The notes under the pieces: generated by a model
What the model was told of the DNA's origin: nothing
Database searches by the model: none
The model's input: only the letters and a program-made list of their open reading frames with translations
From: a virus
Lineage: Duplodnaviria > Heunggongvirae > Uroviricota > Caudoviricetes
Virus record (IMG/VR): IMGVR_UViG_2744054627_000015
Coordinates: 1 to 5,781 of that record
DNA length: 5,781 bases
Reading direction: 5' to 3' (one strand)
Made by a program: the position numbers and the translations under genes
In this document: positions 5,004-5,781 of the stretch, piece after piece
Position numbering within the stretch: position 1 is the first letter of the stretch
Layout: every line of letters begins with the position of its first letter

Positions 5004-5781
5004 TGTCTCCGTCAGCAAGCTCTGCCGCTGGTTTGGCCTGCCGCGTCGTAGTTGGTACTACCGCAGCGTCAAGGCCGCGCCCAAGCTTCAGGAGCATCTG
5101 GTCACCCCGATCAAAAACATGATTGAGGAGAACCCATCGTTCGGTTACCGGACGGTTGCAGCCCTGTTGGGGTTCAACAAGAACACGGTACAGCGCATCT
5201 TCCAGCTCAAGGGCTGGCAAGTTCGCAAGCGTCCGGTTGGGTTTCGCCCCCGGATCCAGGCCCTGCCTTCGGTGGCCTCAGCGCCCAACCAACGCTGGGC
5301 GACGGACCTATGCCGGATCTGGGCTGGTCGCGATGGCTGGTGTTCCTTGGCGCTGGTGATTGATTGCCATACCCGTGAACTACTGGGATGGCATCTCTCG
5401 CGCAGTGGTAAATCGAAAACGGCCGAGGCAGCGCTGGAGCAAGCCTTAATTGCTCGCTTCGGCAGCTTGGGACGAGTTGCATCGCCGTTTTTGTTACGTA
5501 GCGACAATGGGTTGGTGTTTACCAGCCGCAACTACACAGCACTGGTGAAGAGCTATGGGTTGCAGCAGGAGTTCATCACGCCGTACACGCCGGAACAAAA
5601 CGGCATGGTCGAGCGGGTGATCAGAACGCTCAAGGAGCAGTGTGCCCATCGGCAGAGGTTCGAGACCTTGCAGCATGCCAGTCGGGTGATTGGCGACTGG
5701 ATCCAGTTTTACAACCAGAAGCGTCCTCACCAGGCGCTAAAGATGAAAACACCGGCGCAGGCCTATGCCGAAGCCGCTTAG
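4927..5781 (+). CDS. IS3-family transposase OrfB (DDE catalytic domain); here in the +1 frame relative to OrfA
   Basis: DDE(K) signature: D at 5305-5307 (WATDL), D at 5503-5505 (RSDNG), E at 5611-5613 followed by K seven residues later (ERVIRTLK). No ATG near the 5' end, as is typical when OrfB is made only as an OrfAB fusion. The frame is open from 4798, but the part upstream of the A-run overlaps OrfA and is not considered coding. Stop TAG at 5779-5781. Confidence 0.82.
   Translation, partial: KAGLPAGRGRQIVADVQQGLRAEGIDVSVSKLCRWFGLPRRSWYYRSVKAAPKLQEHLVTPIKNMIEENPSFGYRTVAALLGFNKNTVQRIFQLKGWQVRKRPVGFRPRIQALPSVASAPNQRWATDLCRIWAGRDGWCSLALVIDCHTRELLGWHLSRSGKSKTAEAALEQALIARFGSLGRVASPFLLRSDNGLVFTSRNYTALVKSYGLQQEFITPYTPEQNGMVERVIRTLKEQCAHRQRFETLQHASRVIGDWIQFYNQKRPHQALKMKTPAQAYAEAA

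Larger units (their letters stand above)
4597..5781 (+). mobile_element. IS3-family insertion sequence (IS2-group-like), left end and most of the body; right end lies beyond the window
   Basis: OrfA and OrfB are arranged as in IS3-family elements, around an A-run frameshift site. The left-terminal sequence TGTAATGACCCACTGAAATCC resembles the recalled IS2 left end (…GGCCCCCTGAATCTCC…). The left boundary is approximate (plus or minus 10 bp) because the right inverted repeat is not available for comparison. Confidence 0.85.

Noticed and set aside
4514-5531. Minus-strand ORFs 4514..4723, 4984..5220, 5145..5531, 5207..5482 and 5494..5730, and plus-strand 5123..5359
   Set aside because: They are antisense or out of frame relative to the IS transposase genes and the S fragment, with low-complexity translations.
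1-5781. CRISPR arrays, tRNA/rRNA genes, integrase or attachment sites
   Set aside because: No regularly spaced direct repeats, no tRNA-like sequence and no integrase-like ORF were found. The window lies inside the prophage body.

Overview
This window is the tail/baseplate module of a P2-like (Peduovirus-type) prophage, read on the minus strand, with an AT-rich cargo island and an insertion sequence at its upstream end. All calls rest on reading the six-frame translations and recalled family knowledge; no database search was run. Minus-strand order: IS element (4597..5781, continuing past the window) > 3' fragment of tail-completion gene S (4351..4596) > AT-rich island of about 0.8 kb (about 27% GC against about 55-58% in the flanks) > V (2907..3485) > W > J > I > partial tail-fibre gene H (1..1062). 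V-W-J-I-H are translationally coupled through overlapping stop/start codons. The most interesting region is the island between S and V, a probable moron. Its plus strand carries an unusually long stop-free reading track that reconstructs into a 148-aa two-transmembrane protein, followed by a 92-aa ORF of unknown function. Four reading frames look broken (gene I, the IS frameshift site, and twice in the island), each by an apparent single-base loss in a homopolymer. That pattern fits either prophage decay or homopolymer sequencing errors, and the sequence alone cannot separate the two. No rRNA, tRNA or CRISPR array was seen.
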